Shown one piece after another: positions 29,782 to 38,605 of a DNA stretch of 64,000 nt. The notes beneath the pieces were generated by a model. It ran no database searches, had not been told where the DNA came from, and saw only the letters and a program-made list of their open reading frames with translations. This DNA is from a virus (Duplodnaviria; Caudoviricetes): the IMG/VR virus record IMGVR_UViG_3300035520_001860, positions 32,001-96,000 of that record; one strand, given 5' to 3'. Positions within the stretch are counted from its first letter, which is position 1; each line of letters starts with the position of its first letter. Both the position numbers and the translations under genes were made by a program.

Positions 29782-31374
29782 ATGCAACCGACTTTTCAAG
29801 ATTTGACTGGACAAAAATTTGGTGAAATGACAGTAGTTGGATATAACAGGGATGTAAGAAGATGGATTTGTGTTTGTGATAAAGGGCACTATTGTTACAA
29901 GCAAACAACACACTTGAAAACAAGACATAATATATGTAAACAGTGTAAAGCACAAAAAGATGCTTCATTAGTTGGAAGTAAAATAGGAGAATTGACAGTA
30001 CTAAAACAGGTATCAAGCCAAGAATATTTATGTCAATGTTCATGTGGAAAGACATGTATAAAACAAAAAGGACACTTAGTAGGTGGATATGTAAAATCAT
30101 GTGGACATTTGAACAAAAATAAATTTGAGAATTTAAGAGGTCAAAGATTTGGAAAACTTGTAGCAGAAGAGTATGTATCAAAAGAGGCAGGTTGGAAATG
30201 CAAGTGTGATTGCGGTAATATAGTAAATGCTCTACCAGCTAATCTAAAAAACGGAAGTACAGCTTCATGTGGATGTAGTAATCCATATAAATTAATAGAT
30301 ATAACAAACAAGAGATTTGGAAAATTAGTAGCAGTAAGACACATATACAGAGGATTGTGGGAGTGCCAGTGTGATTGCGGTAACATATGCGAAAAACAAT
30401 CATATGATTTAAGAAATAACAGAGTTATATCATGTGGATGTGAGTCTAGCGAATCATATAAAGAGTTTCAGTTATATGAATATATAAGGTCAATATACAA
30501 CGGAGAAATTATAAAGCATAACAAAACAATATTAAAAGGTAAAGAGATAGATATATACATACCAGAAAAACATATTGCAATAGAGTTCAACGGTAACTAT
30601 TGGCATTCTTTAAAAGAAAAAAGATATCATCAAGATAAAACAATAGACTGCGTAAAACAGAAGATAAGACTGATTCATATTTTTGAGTATGAATGGGATA
30701 ACGATATTATACAAGAAAAATTAAAAATATACTTAAAGACAATATTAAATGAAAGTGAAGCTAAAGTAATATATGCAAGAAACACAAATGTACACGAGAT
30801 AAATCAGGATATAGCACAAGAATTTTTAAATAAGTATCATTTACAAGGATATGCATCATCTACAATTAACATAGGATGTTATTATAATGAACAACTGATT
30901 GGAATGATGACATTTGGTAAACCAAGATTTAACAACTCCTACGAATATGAAATAGTAAGACTATGTTGGTTGCCTACAATACATGTAGTTGGGGGCTTGG
31001 AAAAATTATTTAGCTATTTCCTTACAAAATATAATCCACAATCTATTATAACCTATGTAGACATTTCCAAGTTTACAGGTAATTCATATTTAAGAATAGG
31101 GTTTAAGTTGATACTACCAGACCCTATAACTAAGCCAAACTATGTATGGGTATCACACCATGGCAACACAGTAAAAAAACGGTATCAAACACAAAAAGCA
31201 GACCTTGTTAAAAATGGACTTGGAACAGAAGACCAAACCGAAGATGAGATTATGGAATCATTAGGTTATTATAAAATATATGATTGTGGTAATATCAAAC
31301 TAGAGTGGGTTAAGGAGGATAACAATAAATGGGAAATCACGACTATATACAAAAGGGAAATAACGGTGGTATAG
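29782..31374 (+). CDS. Homing-endonuclease-like protein, copy 3: four Zn-finger repeats, PD-(D/E)xK nuclease, Mom-like GNAT domain (no HTH linker)
   Basis: Same repeats; EIDIYIPEKHIAIEFNGNYWH; same C-terminal domain as the other copies. Confidence 0.8.
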   Translation: MQPTFQDLTGQKFGEMTVVGYNRDVRRWICVCDKGHYCYKQTTHLKTRHNICKQCKAQKDASLVGSKIGELTVLKQVSSQEYLCQCSCGKTCIKQKGHLVGGYVKSCGHLNKNKFENLRGQRFGKLVAEEYVSKEAGWKCKCDCGNIVNALPANLKNGSTASCGCSNPYKLIDITNKRFGKLVAVRHIYRGLWECQCDCGNICEKQSYDLRNNRVISCGCESSESYKEFQLYEYIRSIYNGEIIKHNKTILKGKEIDIYIPEKHIAIEFNGNYWHSLKEKRYHQDKTIDCVKQKIRLIHIFEYEWDNDIIQEKLKIYLKTILNESEAKVIYARNTNVHEINQDIAQEFLNKYHLQGYASSTINIGCYYNEQLIGMMTFGKPRFNNSYEYEIVRLCWLPTIHVVGGLEKLFSYFLTKYNPQSIITYVDISKFTGNSYLRIGFKLILPDPITKPNYVWVSHHGNTVKKRYQTQKADLVKNGLGTEDQTEDEIMESLGYYKIYDCGNIKLEWVKEDNNKWEITTIYKREITVV

Positions 31375-32342
31375 TGATAGACTGCAGAAGTGTTCCCGAT
31401 AAAGGATTTTTGAATGCAAACAAAACTAAGATAATAGCAAAAGCAAAGATAATGACAAAGGAAGAAAAAGCTAATTCACAGGATTTTGTTCCTGGTGGAC
31501 CAGATGTTATTCTAAAATACTCAACTGGAGAAACTAAACTAATTTCACGTAAGGAATTAGCAGCTAATTTTGTGCACTCCAGTGGAAATAAAATAATAAT
31601 ACCATTTTTAAAATCAAATACACAATACTTTGTATATGGTACATGCAATGAAAAATACAAGGTAATGAAATTACCAGAAAATTGCATAGCAATATTACCT
31701 AATGGTACAAGGTCAAAACCTGGATGCTACATAGTAGCTAAGGAAGGTGCAAATGGTCAAATAGATAAGAGTACAATAACATCAATGCCAAAACAAATGT
31801 TTAAGAAGTCATTTAAGGTTCCTATGCAACCAGCTATACAAAAACACATGCATGGTGCTTCAAAATCTAGCAAATCATTCAAACTCTTTAATAGAAACAA
31901 TGCACCTAAAATGAATATGCGTGCTTCAATGAAATCAAATATAGATACATCAGAAATTGGAATGAATCCAGCAAATATTCATGTAAGTTCTATAAATGAT
32001 AGACCAAAAACTTCAACAACATGGACACCTACATTGAATAATAGACCTAATATAAAAGTACAGACACAAAAGAACCCAATTCAACCAACAGTGAAAGAAG
32101 CCACACATCAATATCCATATAAAGTAACTGCATCACTTGTAGATATTGAAGGCAAGCAGATAGGTTATGTATTACTTGAATATAAGAGTGGTAAAACAAG
32201 AAATGTTAAGATGAATGAGCTTATGCAACTGTGCAAGATGAAAGCAGTAGAGAATGTGAAACTTGTACAAAACACATCAGGTAAATTATATTTACAAGGA
32301 AATGGCTGCAGTTTAAAGAGTTTACCTAAGATAATGAAATAG
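31329..32342 (+). CDS. Protein with N-terminal PGDYG-like domain(s) and a C-terminal DUF3892-like domain
   Basis: AAGGAGG RBS inside the upstream ORF; C-terminus YKVTASLVDIEGKQIGYVL...LYLQGNGCSLKSLP. Confidence 0.6.
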   Translation: MGNHDYIQKGNNGGIVIDCRSVPDKGFLNANKTKIIAKAKIMTKEEKANSQDFVPGGPDVILKYSTGETKLISRKELAANFVHSSGNKIIIPFLKSNTQYFVYGTCNEKYKVMKLPENCIAILPNGTRSKPGCYIVAKEGANGQIDKSTITSMPKQMFKKSFKVPMQPAIQKHMHGASKSSKSFKLFNRNNAPKMNMRASMKSNIDTSEIGMNPANIHVSSINDRPKTSTTWTPTLNNRPNIKVQTQKNPIQPTVKEATHQYPYKVTASLVDIEGKQIGYVLLEYKSGKTRNVKMNELMQLCKMKAVENVKLVQNTSGKLYLQGNGCSLKSLPKIMK

Positions 32343-32363
32343 TAAACATGGAGAAACAATCAA

Positions 32364-35300
32364 ATGCAGAAAAATATATGGTTATTAGTTGGGAAAGTAA
32401 CAGAAGGAAACAAAGTAAAAAGTTACATATTCATGAATAACAATGGTAATACACAATTTATTCAGCACAGAAGCCTAGACAGGTTTTATAAAGAAAATAC
32501 AGTTTTAAATGTGCAGGTAAGTAATGGAAGTATTACTGGTAGAGGAATAGCAATAAGTAATATTCCAAGATATAGTAATCAACAAGGTTTCGGTTTACAG
32601 CAGATAGGTGGTATGTCACAACAAGAGATAATACAACAATGTCAACCACTAATAGACCAATATAGGCAAAAAGAGCAAGAGAAAGAACTAAAGAAGCAAC
32701 AAGATACTAAAAATGAGCAGAAAACAAAACAAGAAGAATATATAAATAATAAATTAATACTATTAGGTAATATAATAGACATAGCATTAGTTATGAAAGA
32801 CATAACTAATGAAATGGCTAGTAATGGGCAATTCACAAGATACTTAAAACAGATAGATATAGACAATGCAGAAGGAGATAGTCTAACAAACTTAATTCAA
32901 AGACAGGGTGTAAATGGCTTAGCCAATGGAATAGAGGATAGATTAGACAGATTAAATAATAGAATAACAAAATATAATTTAGACTCCAGCTTTAAGTCAA
33001 AAATATCAGAATTAAAGAATAGTTGTGAAACATTAAAGAAGCTACATCAAAACACTAAAAATATTATTAAGGATAATAAAGAACAAGAAGCACAGCAGCA
33101 AAAAGAAGAAAGAGAAGCATTAAAACAGCAACAAACAGAAGAGATTGAAGTAGTCGACGAATTAGATGAAGATGCAATAGCACTGGAAGATGAAGTAGAA
33201 ACAGTAGATGAGATTTCAGAAGACGCAGTTGAAATCGAAGATGAAATCGAAACAGTAGACGAAATAGAAGAAGATGCAGTTGCAATCGAAGAAGAAACTG
33301 ATGATAAAGAATGGCAGGAATATCTAGAACAAAGTAAGAAAGAACATGAAGAATTTGAAAAGCGAATGGAATTTCGTGAAGAATTTATGAATAAAAGGGA
33401 TAAACTTCATCAACAATTATATGATGTATTAAATGAACAAAAAACATTAGTGTTCAGACAAGGATTGTTACAGAATATAATGATATCAAAAACCAATACA
33501 AAATCAGGAATACAGTTTACAGAATATAAGGGGATACCAGATATACAAGTATGGTTTACATTTAATGAAGAGGAAGATGATGATAAGTTAACATACCGAT
33601 TTGATTTGGAAGCAACTATACAGATTTATGGTTCTACTTACAAAAAGAATTATAGAAACATACAAACAAAAGCAGACATAGAAGACGTAGTAAGTAAGAC
33701 AATACATGATGAACATATAAATAAAAAATTAAAGTCAATAAGAGAGGCTAGAAACAAAGAGGAAAATGAGAAGTACAAGAATGTATCAGAATATGAGTTT
33801 GGGAATATAGTGAATAACAAACAAAATAAACTATGTAGATATTTAAGTAACAACTTACATAGTAGGTCAACATTAATAGTAGAGGATTTAACGAAAAACC
33901 TATATTCTGTGGAACATAAAGACTTTAGAAATATGAGTATATCTTTTATGTTAAATAATGATACAGATTACATTAAGCAAATATGTAATTTTACATTAGA
34001 AGCAACTATACATTTTTATGATGATAACACTAAATATAAAGAGACTTATAAAAACATTAGTACCAAAGAAGATATAGATGATGCAGTAAGTAGAACAATA
34101 AGTGGTAGCTATATAAAAGAAAAGAAACAATTAGCAAAAGAGCAGAAACAGCTGGCAAAAGAGCAAAAACAAATAAACGTAGAAAATAAACAGACAAATA
34201 AAGAACAGGAACAAATAGTAAAAGAAGAAACAAAAATTAATAAAAACATAGAAAGTCATATAGAAGAAATAGAAGTTGGAAAAGAAGTTGTAGAAAGTTA
34301 CAAGGAATTATCAGTAAAAGAATTTGAAATAAAAACAAATAATAAGTACAACAAGATAATTAAGTATATAAGTGATGTGGTATACAGCCAAAAAACATTT
34401 GTATATGACGATAGTGTTGGTGTAAATGGCGTAATCAGCAGCACAGCATCTGGTATAACGCACTATATAAAACATAAAGAATATTCTCCTTATGAAATAA
34501 GAATCACAATTTGGCCTCACATAAAAAGAAATTTTCCGAATAGAACATGTGCATACTCTATGGTAGTAACAATAAGAACTTCTTTGCTTGCTGAAACTGG
34601 TGATTGTTATGAAGGTACAAAAACTTATAATAATATAACCACCAAAGAGGACGTAGAGAATGTATTACACAGTACATTTAATGATAAACATATATTAGAT
34701 ACAATAGCAACTCTAAAAAATGGTAAACAACAGGTAGATAAAGAGCAGAAACAAGTAAATGCAGAAAATAAGAAAGTAATTAAGGAAGAGCAAAAACACA
34801 TTGAAGCTGAACAGAAACTACAAAAGGAAAAATTAACTATACAGGATGTATTAAATGAATTATTCTTTGGCAGTGATGAGTACAAATCAGAAAAATCCAA
34901 ATTAGAAGGTATAACGGATGTATATAGAAGCTGGGATAGTTTCGAGTTTAAAACAATAAATATTTTAACAGTAATATATAAAGGTGTTAATAATACGTTT
35001 AAAGTAAAAGCAGAGATACCACCAATATTTAGAGTTTCAGGAGTACAATATAATGAATATAAGTTTCCTGGAGATTATACTGTCAAAATAAACAGACAAA
35101 ATTTAGATAAAGCTAAAGAGTCATTACATAACTATATAGATACAACACTTAATCAGTATAGTGCAATTGATTCTGAAATGAATAATTTTTTGAATAGATT
35201 TAAAAGTATAAGCAAAGAACTAGATAAAGCACGTAGAGAGAATATCGACAATTATTGTGCAGATTATGTACTAGTAAATCTAAGCTGTTCTATGGGATAT

Positions 35301-36110
35301 AGTAGCAAGCATTACAGTAACCTTTATGAGTATATTGATAAGAATAACAACAATATTTTATCAGAAGCACACGGAATATTAAAGGAAGGAGAAATGTATT
35401 GTGGGACACTATATAATCCATTTGGTATGAAAACAACATTAAATTTCTTTGAAGAAAGCATAAAACATAAACAAGAACAGATTAATGAGAAAGAGAAAAA
35501 GCAGAGAGAACAACAAGGGGCAGAGGAAAGAAAACAAAGAGAAAAAGAAGAGGCAGAATCAGAAATAATAAACGATATAGAACGACTAATGCGACATATA
35601 GATAGTACAATAGATTTATTAGATTATCAAAATGCAGATGATGGAGCTTATGAAGAATATGTAAATTTATTCGCATACAAGGCAGCATCAGTAATCAAGC
35701 AGCTTGGTAATAGTTTAGCTGGATTATTTGATATAAGTAACACTGAAGATATGTATATGAGAGAGACAGCTATAGGAAGAAACCCAGAAATGTATGTATC
35801 ACAATTTAATGATGCAATGGAGGAAGTGGATAGTGTAATAAAGTCTATTGTTGAAATAATTGAAATAATGGGAGCAGACCAATTATCAGAATTAAAAAGC
35901 TTTAATAATAGTATAGATAACATACTGTATAATATAGATGATGAAAACAAGATATTAGGGTATAGTTCATATAACGAAGAAGAATATCATCAACAATTTA
36001 GAGCAGAATACTCAACATTTATTGAAGGTAACTATAAAGAAGATGGACTAATCAATAAAATAAATAACTTAAAAGACATTGTAGAAAGCAGAATATCTGA
36101 GGTTGAATAA
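32364..36110 (+). CDS. Large 1248-aa protein: N-terminal DUF3892-like domain, coiled coils, acidic repeats and three internal domain repeats
   Basis: N-terminus ...ITGRGIAISNIPRY; repeats ending YRNIQTKADIEDVVSKT, YKNISTKEDIDDAVSRT, YNNITTKEDVENVLHST. Confidence 0.7.
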   Translation: MQKNIWLLVGKVTEGNKVKSYIFMNNNGNTQFIQHRSLDRFYKENTVLNVQVSNGSITGRGIAISNIPRYSNQQGFGLQQIGGMSQQEIIQQCQPLIDQYRQKEQEKELKKQQDTKNEQKTKQEEYINNKLILLGNIIDIALVMKDITNEMASNGQFTRYLKQIDIDNAEGDSLTNLIQRQGVNGLANGIEDRLDRLNNRITKYNLDSSFKSKISELKNSCETLKKLHQNTKNIIKDNKEQEAQQQKEEREALKQQQTEEIEVVDELDEDAIALEDEVETVDEISEDAVEIEDEIETVDEIEEDAVAIEEETDDKEWQEYLEQSKKEHEEFEKRMEFREEFMNKRDKLHQQLYDVLNEQKTLVFRQGLLQNIMISKTNTKSGIQFTEYKGIPDIQVWFTFNEEEDDDKLTYRFDLEATIQIYGSTYKKNYRNIQTKADIEDVVSKTIHDEHINKKLKSIREARNKEENEKYKNVSEYEFGNIVNNKQNKLCRYLSNNLHSRSTLIVEDLTKNLYSVEHKDFRNMSISFMLNNDTDYIKQICNFTLEATIHFYDDNTKYKETYKNISTKEDIDDAVSRTISGSYIKEKKQLAKEQKQLAKEQKQINVENKQTNKEQEQIVKEETKINKNIESHIEEIEVGKEVVESYKELSVKEFEIKTNNKYNKIIKYISDVVYSQKTFVYDDSVGVNGVISSTASGITHYIKHKEYSPYEIRITIWPHIKRNFPNRTCAYSMVVTIRTSLLAETGDCYEGTKTYNNITTKEDVENVLHSTFNDKHILDTIATLKNGKQQVDKEQKQVNAENKKVIKEEQKHIEAEQKLQKEKLTIQDVLNELFFGSDEYKSEKSKLEGITDVYRSWDSFEFKTINILTVIYKGVNNTFKVKAEIPPIFRVSGVQYNEYKFPGDYTVKINRQNLDKAKESLHNYIDTTLNQYSAIDSEMNNFLNRFKSISKELDKARRENIDNYCADYVLVNLSCSMGYSSKHYSNLYEYIDKNNNNILSEAHGILKEGEMYCGTLYNPFGMKTTLNFFEESIKHKQEQINEKEKKQREQQGAEERKQREKEEAESEIINDIERLMRHIDSTIDLLDYQNADDGAYEEYVNLFAYKAASVIKQLGNSLAGLFDISNTEDMYMRETAIGRNPEMYVSQFNDAMEEVDSVIKSIVEIIEIMGADQLSELKSFNNSIDNILYNIDDENKILGYSSYNEEEYHQQFRAEYSTFIEGNYKEDGLINKINNLKDIVESRISEVE
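33141..33293 (+). repeat. Three imperfect 51-bp coding tandem repeats (17 aa, acidic)
   Basis: EIEVVDELDEDAIALED / EVETVDEISEDAVEIED / EIETVDEIEEDAVAIEE. Confidence 0.8.
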
Positions 36111-36131
36111 TAAGGCATAGGAGGAGACACA

Positions 36132-36758
36132 ATGATTGATGTATCAGATTGTTTTAACATGATAGGACAGAACGGTTGCATGGATGTTGCAACATCCATG
36201 GGAATGCAAGGCGTAGACCCATCAATGGGTGATATAAGTATACCAGTATATGGACCAGTGTACTTAAAAATACTGGTTGGGCAGGATAGTGGATTTATAT
36301 GTAGCTCAATACAAGAGTTTATGGCACTTAAACAACTAAATGAAAATTGTGGTACAGTGGCTATAACACTTAACCTTATGGAAATGGATATACTAACACT
36401 TGTAGGTTCAGTATTAACATTTACTCCAAATACTGGTATGAATTTCTTCATGAAATTATCAGCTGTTGATTTGTTAGACGTTAGTTCTGATGTAATAACA
36501 ATGATAGCTGATGCATCAGGCATTCCAATGCCAGAGGCTGTTACAAGTGGACTTAGTGATATAACAGAGTTTGCAGGGGATATACTACAAGCTGTTTTTG
36601 ATAAACTTGTAGATTATTTAGATGATAGTCTAGGTTCTAAAGGAATAGCTATAAGGGAGTGGGAGGAACTTCCAGTATTCTTTAATGAGGTCAAAGCATC
36701 TGGAGAGATGGCTCAAATGAGACAGTATAGACAACAATTTGGAGCAATGATTATGTAA
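36132..36758 (+). CDS. Hypothetical protein, Met/Asp-rich and hydrophobic
   Basis: AGGAGG RBS; 208 aa ORF. Confidence 0.7.
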   Translation: MIDVSDCFNMIGQNGCMDVATSMGMQGVDPSMGDISIPVYGPVYLKILVGQDSGFICSSIQEFMALKQLNENCGTVAITLNLMEMDILTLVGSVLTFTPNTGMNFFMKLSAVDLLDVSSDVITMIADASGIPMPEAVTSGLSDITEFAGDILQAVFDKLVDYLDDSLGSKGIAIREWEELPVFFNEVKASGEMAQMRQYRQQFGAMIM

Positions 36759-36824
36759 TAAGACAATGTATAAAGACAATAAAATATTTTAAATAAAAAT
36801 AATTAAGATTATTTTATTGAAAGG

Positions 36825-37328
36825 GTGATATACATGGAAAAATTGCAACAGCTTACAGCTTATGAACAATTTGCAGATAAAGCTCAATTAGTAGATAAGT
36901 ATGTATTTCTGAAAAACATTAATTTACTAGCTGAGTACGATAATTCATATAAGGGAATGGCTGATAAACTCAATAAGCTTACTAATGAGTACATAGAAAT
37001 AGAACCAAATATACCATACAATGAATTTAAGCATCAACTATCAAGTATATATGGATGTGGTAATGGAATAAGTGACTTACCTTTATACAACATCATATGT
37101 AAATATACACATACAAGTATACAAAAGTATATAGACTATGACGAGATATACAGAGTCATATATAAGTTTTATACAGAGAACTATGATAAGTTTATTGAAC
37201 TTATCAAACAAGTGATAACACCTGATGGAAGAAAGAAGTGGGAAATATATATTCCAAAGAAAATAGAGGAATTTACTCCAGACTATAATAATATACCAAA
37301 GGTTCCAGAGGTACCAGCACTAGTATAA
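36825..37328 (+). CDS. Hypothetical protein upstream of the HipA-like kinase (candidate antitoxin/partner)
   Basis: 167 aa ORF ending 26 bp before the kinase; role inferred from position only. Confidence 0.6.
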   Translation: MIYMEKLQQLTAYEQFADKAQLVDKYVFLKNINLLAEYDNSYKGMADKLNKLTNEYIEIEPNIPYNEFKHQLSSIYGCGNGISDLPLYNIICKYTHTSIQKYIDYDEIYRVIYKFYTENYDKFIELIKQVITPDGRKKWEIYIPKKIEEFTPDYNNIPKVPEVPALV

Positions 37329-37354
37329 CAAACACAGTAAGAGGGTAGTAAATA

Positions 37355-38419
37355 ATGCATTACTTAATGAATAAGAACAATCCAGTAATAGAAATAGAAA
37401 GTGCAAGAGTTATTGACATAGATAAAGTACCATTGTCATTAAGAGTTAGAAACTTAAGCTATTCAACAATATACACTTGGATTTCTCATAGAGCACTACC
37501 ATTAAGTAGAAAGAACGCAGATAAAATATATAAAACACTTGGACTTCCTAGAGATAATCAAGAATATGAACTAATGTGCATAACACATGGTTTATCAATC
37601 AATGATAACTTTTGGATTGCAAATGAGACAGAGGTTGGAAGAATAAAATATGAGGATATAAATCTGTTTACAAATTCATTAAACAAGTCATTGTATTTAG
37701 TGGCATTATGTGGTGATGATAACTTCACAATAACTGATAAAAACATATCAGCAGAATACACAGGACAGGGAACATATCCAAAATGCTTTATAAGAGAGAA
37801 AGATGGAATATACTTATATAAGAGTGGTCCAGTAAACGAAATAACAAACGAGATATACGCTGGATACATAGCACAGTTAATAGGATTTAAGTCAGCAAGC
37901 TATGAGTACAAGAAACTAAACAATATTGATTGTGTAAAATCAAAAATAATAACTGGACTTAATGAAAATTGGGAATCAGCATTTTTATTAAGTGAATACT
38001 TTAATGATGCATTTAAAGCAATTCCACAGGATATAGCTATCAGTAAGTACACAATAGAGTATTCTAATATGATTATATTTGATGCACTAGTACTAAACGA
38101 TGATAGGCATATGAAAAATTGGTCATTTAGTATAGATGCTAACACAAACATTATCACTGGTATAGCACACAGCTATGATTATAATAAGGCATTTGAAGCA
38201 GATAAAAATTCAAAAAGTGGATTGTTATTTGACGGATACAGAAAAATGAGTATATTAAGTGCCGCAAAGAGAGCTTATAGTGAATTTGGAACATCACTAA
38301 GGTTAGACTATTTATACAATGTTCTTGATATGATAAACATTAGAATAAATAAAGACACTATGAAAAACAGAATATTATACATAATGGGTAAAAAGTCAAA
38401 TCAAGATAATTGCTATTAG
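37355..38419 (+). CDS. HipA/CtkA-like Ser/Thr kinase
   Basis: Gly-rich loop TGQGTYPK, LYKSG, NEIYA, catalytic DALVLNDDRHMKNWSF, YDYNKAF. Confidence 0.8.
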   Translation: MHYLMNKNNPVIEIESARVIDIDKVPLSLRVRNLSYSTIYTWISHRALPLSRKNADKIYKTLGLPRDNQEYELMCITHGLSINDNFWIANETEVGRIKYEDINLFTNSLNKSLYLVALCGDDNFTITDKNISAEYTGQGTYPKCFIREKDGIYLYKSGPVNEITNEIYAGYIAQLIGFKSASYEYKKLNNIDCVKSKIITGLNENWESAFLLSEYFNDAFKAIPQDIAISKYTIEYSNMIIFDALVLNDDRHMKNWSFSIDANTNIITGIAHSYDYNKAFEADKNSKSGLLFDGYRKMSILSAAKRAYSEFGTSLRLDYLYNVLDMINIRINKDTMKNRILYIMGKKSNQDNCY

Positions 38420-38522
38420 TATTAAATAGTAAAAGAACTAACAAAGAATTTATATATTATAGCAATTATACTATTATATAACAAATTACAATTCAATAAT
38501 ACAATGTAATATTTCAATAAAC

Positions 38523-38561
38523 ATGCTGGTAAATAAGTAATACTTACTTACCAGCATTTTT
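38523..38561 (+). terminator. Terminator-like hairpin
   Basis: ATGCTGGTAAATAAGT-AAT-ACTTACTTACCAGCAT plus T tail. Confidence 0.7.
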
Positions 38562-38605
38562 GTATATTAAGTGTATTTTTATTAAAATATGAAACTAATA
38601 TTAAA

